IMG/VR virus record: IMGVR_UViG_3300007214_000006
Direction: 5' to 3' (one strand)
DNA length: 64,000 bases
Source: a virus
Taxonomy: Duplodnaviria > Caudoviricetes
In this document: in pieces, positions 21,585-31,230 of the stretch
Layout: each line of letters begins with the position of its first letter
How positions within the stretch are numbered: position 1 is the stretch's first letter
Translations under genes and position numbers: made by a program
The notes under the pieces: model-generated
What the model was told of the DNA's origin: nothing
Database searches by the model: none
What the model saw: only the letters and a program-made list of their open reading frames with translations

Positions 21585-22007
21585 ATGAGCAAAAACAACA
21601 ACGAAGTTTATGCTATTACAAACCTTGAAGGATATGCTTCCGAAATGCGTGAAGCAGCGGCGGACGCATTTACTGACGATCATTCGGATATTGATACTTA
21701 TATATCATTAGATCAAATGATCAATCTTATCAAGAGTGAATGTATTGGTTTTGATGATCAAGATAGGCCACTTTTAAATGAAGATGCTAATGAACAAATT
21801 TATGAGTCAACAGTTACTTGGATAACAAATGTTGGGTTAGCAAAACTAGCAGCAGAAGGTTATGTAGAATGTGCTTGGGATGATCGTCAAAATGAAATGA
21901 TTTTTTGGGCAAATGAAAAAACAGTAGGTTATAATCAAAAGATAGGACAAAAGCCCAATGACAAACCAACCAAGCGAAGAAATAAAAAGAAAGATAAGGG
22001 ATCTTGA
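21585..22007 (+). CDS. hypothetical protein with C-terminal winged-helix-like motif, paralog of 42229..42657
   Basis: LAKLAAEGYVECAWDDRQNEMIFW aligns with LNSLVNKGLVETAYDSESNDFVFW. Confidence 0.6.
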   Translation: MSKNNNEVYAITNLEGYASEMREAAADAFTDDHSDIDTYISLDQMINLIKSECIGFDDQDRPLLNEDANEQIYESTVTWITNVGLAKLAAEGYVECAWDDRQNEMIFWANEKTVGYNQKIGQKPNDKPTKRRNKKKDKGS

Positions 22008-23007
22008 AGATAAGATCCATGATTGTAAAGCATATATATCATCTGATTTTTGTATAAGTTGCACAGAAATGTATGAGAATATTCAAAGATATGAAGCAGA
22101 AATAACTGTCCTAAAAACATTGAACACAAATGAATAGTTTTTGGGGAAATTCTTATACAAAAAAATATTTTGTGCATAAATTACTAAATGTTCTAAATAA
22201 ACAAAAACAAAAAACAAAAAATAAAAAAGATTTACAAAGAATAAGATTATGCTACAAAATATTATCTAAAAATATCAATGAAAATATATACGACATACAG
22301 GACTTAGGAGATATTGATAAATATTTAATGGAACTGAATAATAAGAAAATAAATAAACAAAAATATGTAGAGTTATTTGCAAAAATATTAGCACAATATA
22401 TTTTATATGGTCAAGAATAAATATTTTATTGACCCAAAAGAATGTATATTCTAGTATAGATATATAAATAAAATGTCTCTACTAAACAAGGAAGTATTAT
22501 GAAATCACATATTTATAGTTCTATATTATTGATATTAACTATTCTATTAACTACGTCTTTTAGTTTTAACATAGTTTTTTACAATAGGATTAGTCAGTTA
22601 GACACAAAAATCTTACACACAACGTCGCCAGTATCTCAAGAAAAAATGGAAGAATTTAAAAAAGAAATAAATAGATTATCAAATATTCAATATGATACAA
22701 AAACAAAACAACCAATATGCAATGATCTATTCGATACTAAAAAATAGACAATGGATTAAAAAATATTGTTTCTTTAAAAGAAATTGCTATTTAACTGGAA
22801 AAAATTTACAATTCAAGATTTGTTATGTTGGTAGACGAAAAATAAATAATATAGCAAATCATAATTATAACAATGATGATATTTGGATAAGTAAAAATGA
22901 ATACCAAAATATAATTACATTTAATGTGGTGTAAAACATACTAGCCCTCCTTTTTTTCATTAGTCTTAAATAAAGACTAACACGCCTAAATAGAAAGAAG
23001 TCATAGT

Positions 23008-23184
23008 ATGAGAATTAGATTATTATTTATCTTTTTACTAGCCATATTAATAGGATCATTATCTTTTAATGTTATTCATTCAGAATCGCTAGAATTAGCA
23101 AAACAAAATATAGAATCGGACGAAAAAATATATCAACAAATAGTTGGAATATTACATGAACGAATAATAGAACTAGAAAATTAG
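23008..23184 (+). CDS. small signal-anchored protein (58 aa)
   Basis: Not in ORF track; MRIRLLFIFLLAILIGSLSFNV...; the G of its TAG is G1 of the tmRNA. Confidence 0.55.
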   Translation: MRIRLLFIFLLAILIGSLSFNVIHSESLELAKQNIESDEKIYQQIVGILHERIIELEN

Positions 23185-23540
23185 GGGGCGATATAGATTC
23201 GACTGGATATAAAAGATTATATTGGCAAGTAGTGGTTGGTCTGGAGGCCACTTTAAAACCAGATCAAATGCTATAACTGGCACTAATCAGTTAGCACTTG
23301 CTGCCTGACAAAAAAGGGCAGTAACAGGTTGAGATTGCGAATGAGGGTAGCGATCAAAAGCCTGTCGTTAAATCCCTCTGCACTTACAATATCCAACGGG
23401 TTGTAGGTTAAGAGCAGTTGGTAAGATAAGAAGAATCTTGTTTGTTCTATATTCTTATTTAATTCATGAACAAAATAAACTTGTAGAAAATATAATCAAT
23501 TTTATCACAGGACGAGGGGGGCAGTACCCCTCCGCCTCCA
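23184..23540 (+). ncRNA. ssrA: tmRNA, one-piece, tag (A)GTNQLALAA
   Basis: Acceptor stem GGGGGCG/CGCCTCC with G3:U70; ATTCGAC near 5' end; pk1 (AGTGG/CCACT and TGGTCTGG/CCAGATCA); ATAACT before resume codon; GGC ACT AAT CAG TTA GCA CTT GCT GCC TGA; CCA not encoded. Confidence 0.93.
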
Positions 23541-23547
23541 TTAAATT

Positions 23548-23904
23548 ATGAGTAGAAAAATTTGTTCATATTGTGGAAAAAGAAAAAACAAAGGAAGTTT
23601 TTCTAAACATAGTATGTATAAAGATAATCTAGACACAAGATGTAAAAAATGTGTTAAGAAACAATCCAAAGTACGAGTAAAATTACACAAAAAAGCACCA
23701 CCCAAACCAAAAGTTTGCGAGTGTTGTAAACAAATACCAATTAAATGGGTTTTAGATCATGATCACTCCAATGATTCTTTTAGAGGATGGATATGTGACA
23801 GGTGTAATACTGGGATAGGAAAATTAGGAGATAATATACAAGGGATAGTGAATGCTATGAACTATCTAATAAATCATTCTATTCAGAGTCAAAGAAATAA
23901 ATGA
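23548..23904 (+). CDS. endonuclease VII-like (His-Me finger) nuclease
   Basis: CECC...LDHDH....RGWICDRCNTGIGKLGD. Confidence 0.85.
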   Translation: MSRKICSYCGKRKNKGSFSKHSMYKDNLDTRCKKCVKKQSKVRVKLHKKAPPKPKVCECCKQIPIKWVLDHDHSNDSFRGWICDRCNTGIGKLGDNIQGIVNAMNYLINHSIQSQRNK

Positions 23905-24716
23905 AAATTATACAAAGTTTCTTTGCTAATGATATAAGTAGACCATTAAGAACAAATATAGATATAGCATCTAAGCAAGCAAATATTTCTAATAAGTTTC
24001 TCAAAAAACACAATTATGACACGATTCTGTACACTGACCAACAATCGGCAAAATATTTTTACCATATAAAGTATGATGAAATAAAAATTATAGATTTAAA
24101 AGAATTTAATATAAAAGATAAACTTAATTTTTGGTCTATTACAAAATTGTTATGCTCTTCACTTATAAAGGAAAATTTTTTACATATAGATTTGGATCTT
24201 TTTTTGATACAAGATATAATTAAGGGTCATGAAAATGAACAATTTATTTGTTTACATCATGAACCTTGGATGACTCAAATTTTTTATAACGAATTATCAC
24301 AAGAACAAATTAAAAAATATTTTGATATAGATCCCAAAAAGGCTAAATCGTATAATTTTAGTATTTTTGGTGGAAAAAATAGTAATATTATCAACAATTG
24401 TATTGTTAAATTAAATAATTATATTGATAATTATAATAATGAAATTGATAATCTTTTATTAGAAGTAAAAAAATATAATCTTAAAAAATCAGTATTTTTA
24501 GAGCAATATATTTTTCCATCATTAATTAGTAAAGATTTGAATATTGATACTTTACCCGTTTTAGTATCAAGCTCTATAGATGCTAAAGGACAAACAGAAA
24601 TTAGAATAAAGCTAAAAGAACAAAACATTATTCATATTTGGACACTAAAAGAAACGATAGAAGATTTTATTGGAATAAACCTGTTTTTAGATATGATAGA
24701 TAAATATTATTTTTAA
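23901..24716 (+). CDS. putative glycosyltransferase-related protein (DUF6734-like)
   Basis: WSITKL...FLHIDLDLFL DxD-like motif; first gene of the glyco island. Confidence 0.5.
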   Translation: MKIIQSFFANDISRPLRTNIDIASKQANISNKFLKKHNYDTILYTDQQSAKYFYHIKYDEIKIIDLKEFNIKDKLNFWSITKLLCSSLIKENFLHIDLDLFLIQDIIKGHENEQFICLHHEPWMTQIFYNELSQEQIKKYFDIDPKKAKSYNFSIFGGKNSNIINNCIVKLNNYIDNYNNEIDNLLLEVKKYNLKKSVFLEQYIFPSLISKDLNIDTLPVLVSSSIDAKGQTEIRIKLKEQNIIHIWTLKETIEDFIGINLFLDMIDKYYF

Positions 24717-24726
24717 TGAAAATTTT

Positions 24727-25476
24727 ATGAAAAAAATACCTATATTTTGTATAAACTTAGAAAGAGCATACGAAAGAAAACAAAAAATACAAAAAGAATG
24801 GATAGATAATTTAAAATTTGATATACAATTTTGGAAAGCATATGATAGAAGATTGTTAGAAAATAATTTACCTCCATATTTTTATGATAAAAATATAGCT
24901 AAAAATATTTTTGAAAGAGAATTAAGTAATGGAGAAATAGCATGTACTATTTCTTTATTTCAAGTATTTGAATATATTTTATCTAACAATATAAACGAAG
25001 CTATTATTATAGAGGACGATGCTATTCCAATAATAAAAAATAAACAAATATTATTTGATAAAATTTGTGATGCAAAAATCGAATTTCCAGATATCAAACT
25101 ACTTTATATGAATGATTTGCATCCTAAGCAAAAAGATAGACAAAATTGTAATAAAAAAAATATATATTACTATGAAAATATTTTTAATTTAAGAAAGAAT
25201 ACAGCATCTCTGAGCAAAATATCTCCTTGGGGAAATCAATGTTTTTATATAGAACAATCTGCAATATTAACTATGTTTGAGAATATAGAAAAAATTAATG
25301 GTAAACCTATAATATATTTTCCTGCTGATCATTTTGCAAATTACACTAAACTATGCGAAAAAAATATTGTTGGAATACTTAATGAACCAATGTGTACACA
25401 TGATTGGATGGGTCCAGAATCAGTAACTTATATTGGTAACGAATTAAGGAAAACCAATAGAAAGTTTATAGAATGA
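24727..25476 (+). CDS. glycosyltransferase family 25
   Basis: IFCINLERAYERK, LSNGEIACTIS, IIIEDDA. Confidence 0.85.
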   Translation: MKKIPIFCINLERAYERKQKIQKEWIDNLKFDIQFWKAYDRRLLENNLPPYFYDKNIAKNIFERELSNGEIACTISLFQVFEYILSNNINEAIIIEDDAIPIIKNKQILFDKICDAKIEFPDIKLLYMNDLHPKQKDRQNCNKKNIYYYENIFNLRKNTASLSKISPWGNQCFYIEQSAILTMFENIEKINGKPIIYFPADHFANYTKLCEKNIVGILNEPMCTHDWMGPESVTYIGNELRKTNRKFIE

Positions 25477-26027
25477 AATATATTTTAATAGCCAATAATA
25501 TAAAGATTAATTTAGAAAAAATCACTTTAGAAAATGATGATCTAGTCATATTGTTCGGTGGTCAATGTCCACTTGAATCAAATAAAATTAGAAACCATAA
25601 AAATAAAATTCTATTTCTAAGAAACAGACAACATCACAATAAAAAAGGAGATATAAATACAAATCATCAAGATACGCTAATAACAAATCATCAATTGTAC
25701 AAACAAATTATCATATATCCAAGAAATAATATACAAACACTAATAAATAGCATTAATGATTTTGATCATAATAAAATTATAGATATATATGATAAGATTA
25801 ATATCTTGACAGAATATAAAAATTTTCCATCAGATTATGTGCCAACCACAGGGTTTATAGCATATTTATACGTTAAGTATTACTTAAATAAAGATAAATC
25901 AGAGATTGTTCTCTTTGGTTTTGATGGTATAGACCTTTGGTACAAACATAGTGGATCATATGAAGGTGTTTTTTATAGACAAGAAATATTAAAAAATAAT
26001 AATCTTGTATTAGATATGGGATATTAA
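25473..26027 (+). CDS. GT29/sialyltransferase-like protein
   Basis: PTTGFIAY, VLFGFD and H-x4-E (HSGSYE) resemble sialylmotifs S, III and VS. Confidence 0.5.
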   Translation: MKYILIANNIKINLEKITLENDDLVILFGGQCPLESNKIRNHKNKILFLRNRQHHNKKGDINTNHQDTLITNHQLYKQIIIYPRNNIQTLINSINDFDHNKIIDIYDKINILTEYKNFPSDYVPTTGFIAYLYVKYYLNKDKSEIVLFGFDGIDLWYKHSGSYEGVFYRQEILKNNNLVLDMGY

Positions 26028-26029
26028 TT

Positions 26030-26635
26030 ATGAATCTAAAAAAATGTTTTATTGATTGTGGAGCTAATATTGGTCAAAGTATTGAAAATTTTCAAAAACG
26101 ATGGCACGATTGGAAGGAATACGAGATTCATTCATTTGAGGCAAACCCAAATTTGTCAAAACATTTTGAAAAATTTAAAACCAACAGTAATTTTTATTTT
26201 TATGAAAAAGCAATTTTTATTTCCGATAACGGTGTTGACCTTTATTTATCTACAGAAAGTTTATTAGGATCATCAGTTTTAAGCAATAAAAAAACAGGAA
26301 AACTATCCAAAACTCCTATTTTTGTCGAATCAATAGACTTTTCACGCTGGGTAATTTCTAAATTTTCAAAATATGATTATGTTATAGTAAAAATGGATAT
26401 TGAAGGAGCAGAATATCAAGTTGTTGATAAAATGATTAAGGATCGAGCATTTGATTGCATCAGTGAATTTTTTATTGAATTTCATTCCCATAAAATTGGA
26501 CTATCAAAAAATGATGATCAAAATATTTTAGACAGATTAAAAGAGTTTAAAACAATTGTTCATGTTAGCAGAGGGGAGTATAGGGACAAGAAAAACTTAA
26601 CGAAATCTTTTTTCCATTTATCTTCCAATAATTAG
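26030..26635 (+). CDS. FkbM-family methyltransferase
   Basis: FIDCGANIG, SFEANP, KMDIEGAEY. Confidence 0.9.
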   Translation: MNLKKCFIDCGANIGQSIENFQKRWHDWKEYEIHSFEANPNLSKHFEKFKTNSNFYFYEKAIFISDNGVDLYLSTESLLGSSVLSNKKTGKLSKTPIFVESIDFSRWVISKFSKYDYVIVKMDIEGAEYQVVDKMIKDRAFDCISEFFIEFHSHKIGLSKNDDQNILDRLKEFKTIVHVSRGEYRDKKNLTKSFFHLSSNN

Positions 26636-26648
26636 GTTATATTTGATT

Positions 26649-27326
26649 ATGAATAAAATTTTTATAGGATGGGATAGTCGTGAGAATATTGCTTACGAAG
26701 TATGTAAGTTCTCGATAGAGCGACACAATAAAAATAGAAATGTTGCTATATACGCACTAAAACAAAATGATCTAAGAGAATTAGGAATATACACTAGACC
26801 AATAGATAACCTTGCTTCTACAGAATTTTCATTAACTAGATTTTTAGTTCCGTTTTTATCTGATTATATGGGATTTTCTATATTTATGGATTGTGATTTT
26901 TTGATACAGTCAGATATACAAGAATTGTTTGAAACTATAGATAAATCGAAAGCGGTTAGTGTTGTTAAGCATAATTTTATTCCAAAAAATACTACTAAAA
27001 TGGATGGAAAAACTCAACATATATATCCAAGAAAAAATTGGTCATCACTAATGGTTTTTAATAATAATCATCCATCAAATAAAAAACTAAATATAGAATT
27101 GATCAATAACGAATCGCCTCAATATCTACATAGACTATCTTGGCTTGAAGATAAAGAGATAGGTGATATAAATCATACATGGAATTATCTGGTTGGTTGG
27201 TATAATGATTTAGAAAAACCAAAAGCAATACATTATACAGATGGCGGGCCGTGGTTTAATGACTATTATAATTGTGATTTCAGTAAAGAATGGTTACATG
27301 AATACTATTTAGCCCATAAACAATGA
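26649..27326 (+). CDS. GT8-like glycosyltransferase
   Basis: IFIGWDSRE, STEFSLTRF, FMDCDF, YPRKNWSS, HYTDGGPW. Confidence 0.85.
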   Translation: MNKIFIGWDSRENIAYEVCKFSIERHNKNRNVAIYALKQNDLRELGIYTRPIDNLASTEFSLTRFLVPFLSDYMGFSIFMDCDFLIQSDIQELFETIDKSKAVSVVKHNFIPKNTTKMDGKTQHIYPRKNWSSLMVFNNNHPSNKKLNIELINNESPQYLHRLSWLEDKEIGDINHTWNYLVGWYNDLEKPKAIHYTDGGPWFNDYYNCDFSKEWLHEYYLAHKQ

Positions 27327-27658
27327 ATAAAGAAAAAAAATCTTGGGGATTAACCCAGCAAATATTAAAATATAATAATGTTTCTATACATAGAATAGAA
27401 ATTTTTAAAGATAACTTTTGTTCAAAACATTATCATGACCATAAATATAATTTATTCTATATAGAAAATGGTTCTATTAAAATAGAAGAATGGAATAATA
27501 ATTTAGATCAAGTCAAAGAAACTATTTTATTGACTGGTGATCAATACATAGTTCCACCAAAAAATTATCATAGATTTATTGCTCTAGAAGATAGCGTAGT
27601 ATACGAAATATACTATACAGAATTAAGAGACGACGATATAATTAGAATGACGCATTAA
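27323..27658 (+). CDS. cupin protein (sugar isomerase-like)
   Basis: KSWG, CSKHYH, VPPKNYHRFIALEDS.VYE. Confidence 0.8.
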   Translation: MNKEKKSWGLTQQILKYNNVSIHRIEIFKDNFCSKHYHDHKYNLFYIENGSIKIEEWNNNLDQVKETILLTGDQYIVPPKNYHRFIALEDSVVYEIYYTELRDDDIIRMTH

Positions 27659-27683
27659 AGTTTTTTTCAAACATTGTCGATAC

Positions 27684-27711
27684 TTGACAATAGTGTTCGT
27701 TGTGGTATACT
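27684..27711 (+). promoter_or_regulatory. sigma70-like promoter for ligase
   Basis: TTGACA-atagtgttcgttgtgg-TATACT. Confidence 0.8.
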
Positions 27712-27734
27712 AGGACTACACAGGAGACTAAAAA

Positions 27735-29048
27735 ATGATTCACGATTTTGATTATGTTTGGGGAATGGTGCGTGATCTTAGGGCTACTAGCAGTACCAAA
27801 GATAAAGAAAATATTATTGCGGATTATTGCGGATCAAACTCTGCCGCATCCATCTTTGCTAAGAATATTCTTCTCTATACATATCATCCCGCTTGGCAAT
27901 ATTATATTACAAGTGATAATCTAAAGAAAAAGAGTCATCTTGTAGCCAGAAAGAATGAATATAAAAATTTCTTCGATCTTCTTAATGATTTGAAAGCCAG
28001 AGTTATTACTGGTCACGATGCTATTGCTGCGGTAAATAGTTTTATCGAACATCATAACGATTACGAAGAACTTATCCATTGTGTTATAGACAAGGATTTG
28101 AAAACCCGTGCTGGTGATAAGATCATCAATAAGGCTATAGAGGATCATATTCCAGAGTTTAGTGTTGCTCTTGCTGATAAGTATGAACCTAAATTGGTCG
28201 ATTGGAAAGATGGATGGTATGTTAGTCGAAAGATTGACGGAGCCAGATGTATCGCTATCGTTGATGAAAGTGGAGAAGTTACTTTTCTTTCACGAACAGG
28301 CAAGGTTTTTGATACTCTAGGAATAGTGGCTGATGGCATCAAGGCTCTTGGACTTAATAGTATAGTTCTTGATGGCGAACTTTGTCTTGTTGATAAGAAT
28401 GGTAATGAAGATTTTCAAGGAGTAATGAAAGAACTTCGCAAGAAGGATCACACTATTCCTAATCCTTCTTTCAAGATTTTTGATATCATAACACCAGAAG
28501 AATTTTATTCTAAGAAAGGCAAGAGTAATAGACCATATTCAATACGATATGCTGATCTTATCGAAACCATGAAATACAATCAATGCCCATGCTTGACTGT
28601 GCTTGAACAAGATAGGATTAAGGATGACTCTCATTTTAACGAGTGGATAGCCAAGTCTACTAAAAATAAATGGGAAGGTCTTATGCTTCGTGCCGATGAA
28701 CCATATAAGGGGAAGAGAAGCAAAGATTTACTCAAGTATAAGAGTTTCTTTGATGATGAATATGAAGTTATAGACACAGAAATGGGGCCATTTCGTTATG
28801 TTCTAGATGGAAAAGAGCATGAGGAAACTATGTTGAGTTGTGTTATGATTCAACATAAGGGACATACTGTTAGAGTTGGTAGCGGATTTACCATTGAACA
28901 GCGTCAAGAATTTTATTGCAATCCGCGTAAGATTCTTGGCAAAATTATTACTGTCCAATATTTTGAAGAAACAAAAAACCAAGATGGAGGTATCAGCCTA
29001 AGATTTCCTACATTTAAAATACTTCATGGATTAAATAGAAATATATGA
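27735..29048 (+). CDS. lig: ATP-dependent DNA ligase
   Basis: KIDGARC (motif I), LDGEL, FDI, EGLMLR, LLKYK, RFP. Confidence 0.95.
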   Translation: MIHDFDYVWGMVRDLRATSSTKDKENIIADYCGSNSAASIFAKNILLYTYHPAWQYYITSDNLKKKSHLVARKNEYKNFFDLLNDLKARVITGHDAIAAVNSFIEHHNDYEELIHCVIDKDLKTRAGDKIINKAIEDHIPEFSVALADKYEPKLVDWKDGWYVSRKIDGARCIAIVDESGEVTFLSRTGKVFDTLGIVADGIKALGLNSIVLDGELCLVDKNGNEDFQGVMKELRKKDHTIPNPSFKIFDIITPEEFYSKKGKSNRPYSIRYADLIETMKYNQCPCLTVLEQDRIKDDSHFNEWIAKSTKNKWEGLMLRADEPYKGKRSKDLLKYKSFFDDEYEVIDTEMGPFRYVLDGKEHEETMLSCVMIQHKGHTVRVGSGFTIEQRQEFYCNPRKILGKIITVQYFEETKNQDGGISLRFPTFKILHGLNRNI

Positions 29049-29719
29049 TAATATATTTTCACTCAAATAATAAACCCATAAAGAATTTTGCTATTATGGC
29101 AGAAAGACACTGTGGGACAAAATTTATCACTAAATATATTATAGAAACATATAGTATACCAAATAACGAATCATTTGGATACAAACATTTTTTTGGATTT
29201 AATAATGAATATATAGAGAATAATTCGGCCAATACACTAGTGATCGGAATAGTTAGAAATCCATATAATTGGATTATGGCTATGAATAAAAAGCCGTGGC
29301 ATATGAGGGAATATGACGGTCATCCAGATCCGATTGATACACTAGAAAAATTGTTACACAACGAAATAAGAAATTTTTGGAAAAAAAAAGAAACAAATAA
29401 TGATAAACATATTCTAGAAAATAGAAGATATAAAAATATATTTGAGCTAAGAGAGGATAAACATAATTATCTAATAAACATATTACCAAAAATTGTTCAA
29501 AATTATATATTAGTTAATTATGAGACATTATATGAGAATATCAGATTATTTACCAGCAGTATAAACAAATATTTTGATATAAGAGAATCCCATAAGGATA
29601 ATAAATTTATTCCGAATGAATATATTATTCCAGATATTGAAACTCTTAATATAATAAATAATCAATTAGTATGGACTACAGAAAATAAATTGGGGTATTT
29701 TATGAAGAATACTCTTTAG
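29045..29719 (+). CDS. sulfotransferase-like protein
   Basis: ERHCGTKF PAPS-loop-like motif; KHFFGF; IVRNPYNW; VNYETL. Confidence 0.6.
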   Translation: MIIYFHSNNKPIKNFAIMAERHCGTKFITKYIIETYSIPNNESFGYKHFFGFNNEYIENNSANTLVIGIVRNPYNWIMAMNKKPWHMREYDGHPDPIDTLEKLLHNEIRNFWKKKETNNDKHILENRRYKNIFELREDKHNYLINILPKIVQNYILVNYETLYENIRLFTSSINKYFDIRESHKDNKFIPNEYIIPDIETLNIINNQLVWTTENKLGYFMKNTL

Positions 29720-29734
29720 TATATATGAAAAATA

Positions 29735-30418
29735 ATGTTTCTATATAGAAAAACTTTAAATATTCCATCGAATTTTATATTGTATGGAGAAAGACATTCT
29801 GGTACAAAATTTTTTGCAAATGTCATACAGTCTGTATTTGGTTTAAAAAATAACCATAATTATGGACAGAAACATTTTTTTGGATTTGCTAATCATAAGC
29901 AAATTTCTATGGATGAAAAATCAATATTTTTTTGTATAATACGCAATCCCTATCATTGGATTGCGGCGATGAATGATTTGCCTCATCATGTTCCGCACAG
30001 TCTGCTGCCATTATATGATCACTTATTTGATGAATGGTATAGTATTGATCAATACTGGAAACTGTGGGATAAAAAACCAGTAACATTAGTAAATAATGAA
30101 ATAATGGAAGATAGACATCTTATATTAAATAGAAGATATCAAAATATATTAGAGTTAAGAAATACAAAAAATAATTATTTACTAAATATTTTACCAATAT
30201 ATGCACAAAATGTAGTAATCATAACTTATGAAGAATTGACAGCGAATTATGATGCGGTAATGGGTATGATAGCAAAATCTTTTTTACTACCTTTTTATGC
30301 TCGTAAAGTACAAATAACTCCTTCAAATAATAGACATATACCAGATGATTTGATACAACAGATAAATCCTTTTTTAAATTGGCCAATAGAGAATATGCTT
30401 GGCTACACAAAAATTTAA
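29735..30418 (+). CDS. sulfotransferase-like protein (tandem paralog)
   Basis: ERHSGTKF; KHFFGF; IIRNPYHW; ITYEEL. Confidence 0.6.
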   Translation: MFLYRKTLNIPSNFILYGERHSGTKFFANVIQSVFGLKNNHNYGQKHFFGFANHKQISMDEKSIFFCIIRNPYHWIAAMNDLPHHVPHSLLPLYDHLFDEWYSIDQYWKLWDKKPVTLVNNEIMEDRHLILNRRYQNILELRNTKNNYLLNILPIYAQNVVIITYEELTANYDAVMGMIAKSFLLPFYARKVQITPSNNRHIPDDLIQQINPFLNWPIENMLGYTKI

Positions 30419-30428
30419 GATACTAGGC

Positions 30429-30457
30429 TTGACAAGACGATACCTTTAGTGTAGAAT
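30429..30457 (+). promoter_or_regulatory. sigma70-like promoter with CGAT spacer core
   Basis: TTGACA-agacgatacctttagtg-TAGAAT. Confidence 0.75.
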
Positions 30458-30486
30458 CGCAGCATACACACTTTTGGAGAAAACTT

Positions 30487-31188
30487 ATGATTATTAAAAA
30501 CACAGTTATACAAGTTCAGAATACCACGTTGGATAAAACTAAGGCTGATATTTTCTTTGAAAACTTTCCTAAAGACAAGGTTGTTTCGTATAAGGAATAT
30601 TGGGAAAGTGTGCGTCCTCAGAATGTTGATGATATTTTTCGACGATATTTGTTTAGTTTTATGAGTGTTCATACAACATGGAAAAGTAATGTTAATGGGT
30701 ACAACGCTATCAAAGACTTCGATGATTGGATTGACGATAAAGAACTACTCAGAGAAAAAATCAAGAATAGCGGTTGCGGACTTTATAATAATCGTACAAA
30801 ATTTATTTGGCAGTTTAAGGACAAATTCTGGAAAAATCCTAAACAATTTTATCTAACTAGTAAAAAGTATCATGTAAAGAAAAGAGATCAGATTGTTAAT
30901 AATATCTCTGGTCTAGGAACTGCTAAAGTTTCGTTTGCTTTGGAACAGTGCCATCCTAATGAGTGTAGGGTTTTTTGTGGAGACACTCATATGTTGGAAT
31001 TGTATGGTATGAAAACACTGACATATCAATCAAAAAAAGGTCTTGATCAGTATAAAAAGATGGAAAGACACTGGAGCGTTAATTGTGGTAAACTAGGAGT
31101 TCCAGCATATATTGCTAGATGTATATTTTGGGACGCAAAACAAAATAAAACCGATTCTCGTTATTGGTCATATGTATTTGAAAAATAA
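30487..31188 (+). CDS. HhH-GPD DNA glycosylase (OGG/N-glycosylase-lyase-like)
   Basis: ISGLGTAKVSFAL hairpin with Lys; GDTHM with Asp. Confidence 0.7.
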   Translation: MIIKNTVIQVQNTTLDKTKADIFFENFPKDKVVSYKEYWESVRPQNVDDIFRRYLFSFMSVHTTWKSNVNGYNAIKDFDDWIDDKELLREKIKNSGCGLYNNRTKFIWQFKDKFWKNPKQFYLTSKKYHVKKRDQIVNNISGLGTAKVSFALEQCHPNECRVFCGDTHMLELYGMKTLTYQSKKGLDQYKKMERHWSVNCGKLGVPAYIARCIFWDAKQNKTDSRYWSYVFEK

Positions 31189-31230
31189 AATATTTTTGGT
31201 GTATATAATAAGCAAACAGAGTATACGCCA

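Noticed and set aside
22429-22457. Promoter TTGACC-17-TAGTAT
   Set aside because: Both hexamers deviate and the region is very AT-rich, so a chance match is likely.
23548-23904. EndoVII-like gene as the resolvase partner of RuvB
   Set aside because: It is 19 kb from ruvB and abuts the tmRNA like a mobile endonuclease; a resolvase role cannot be excluded but has no support here.
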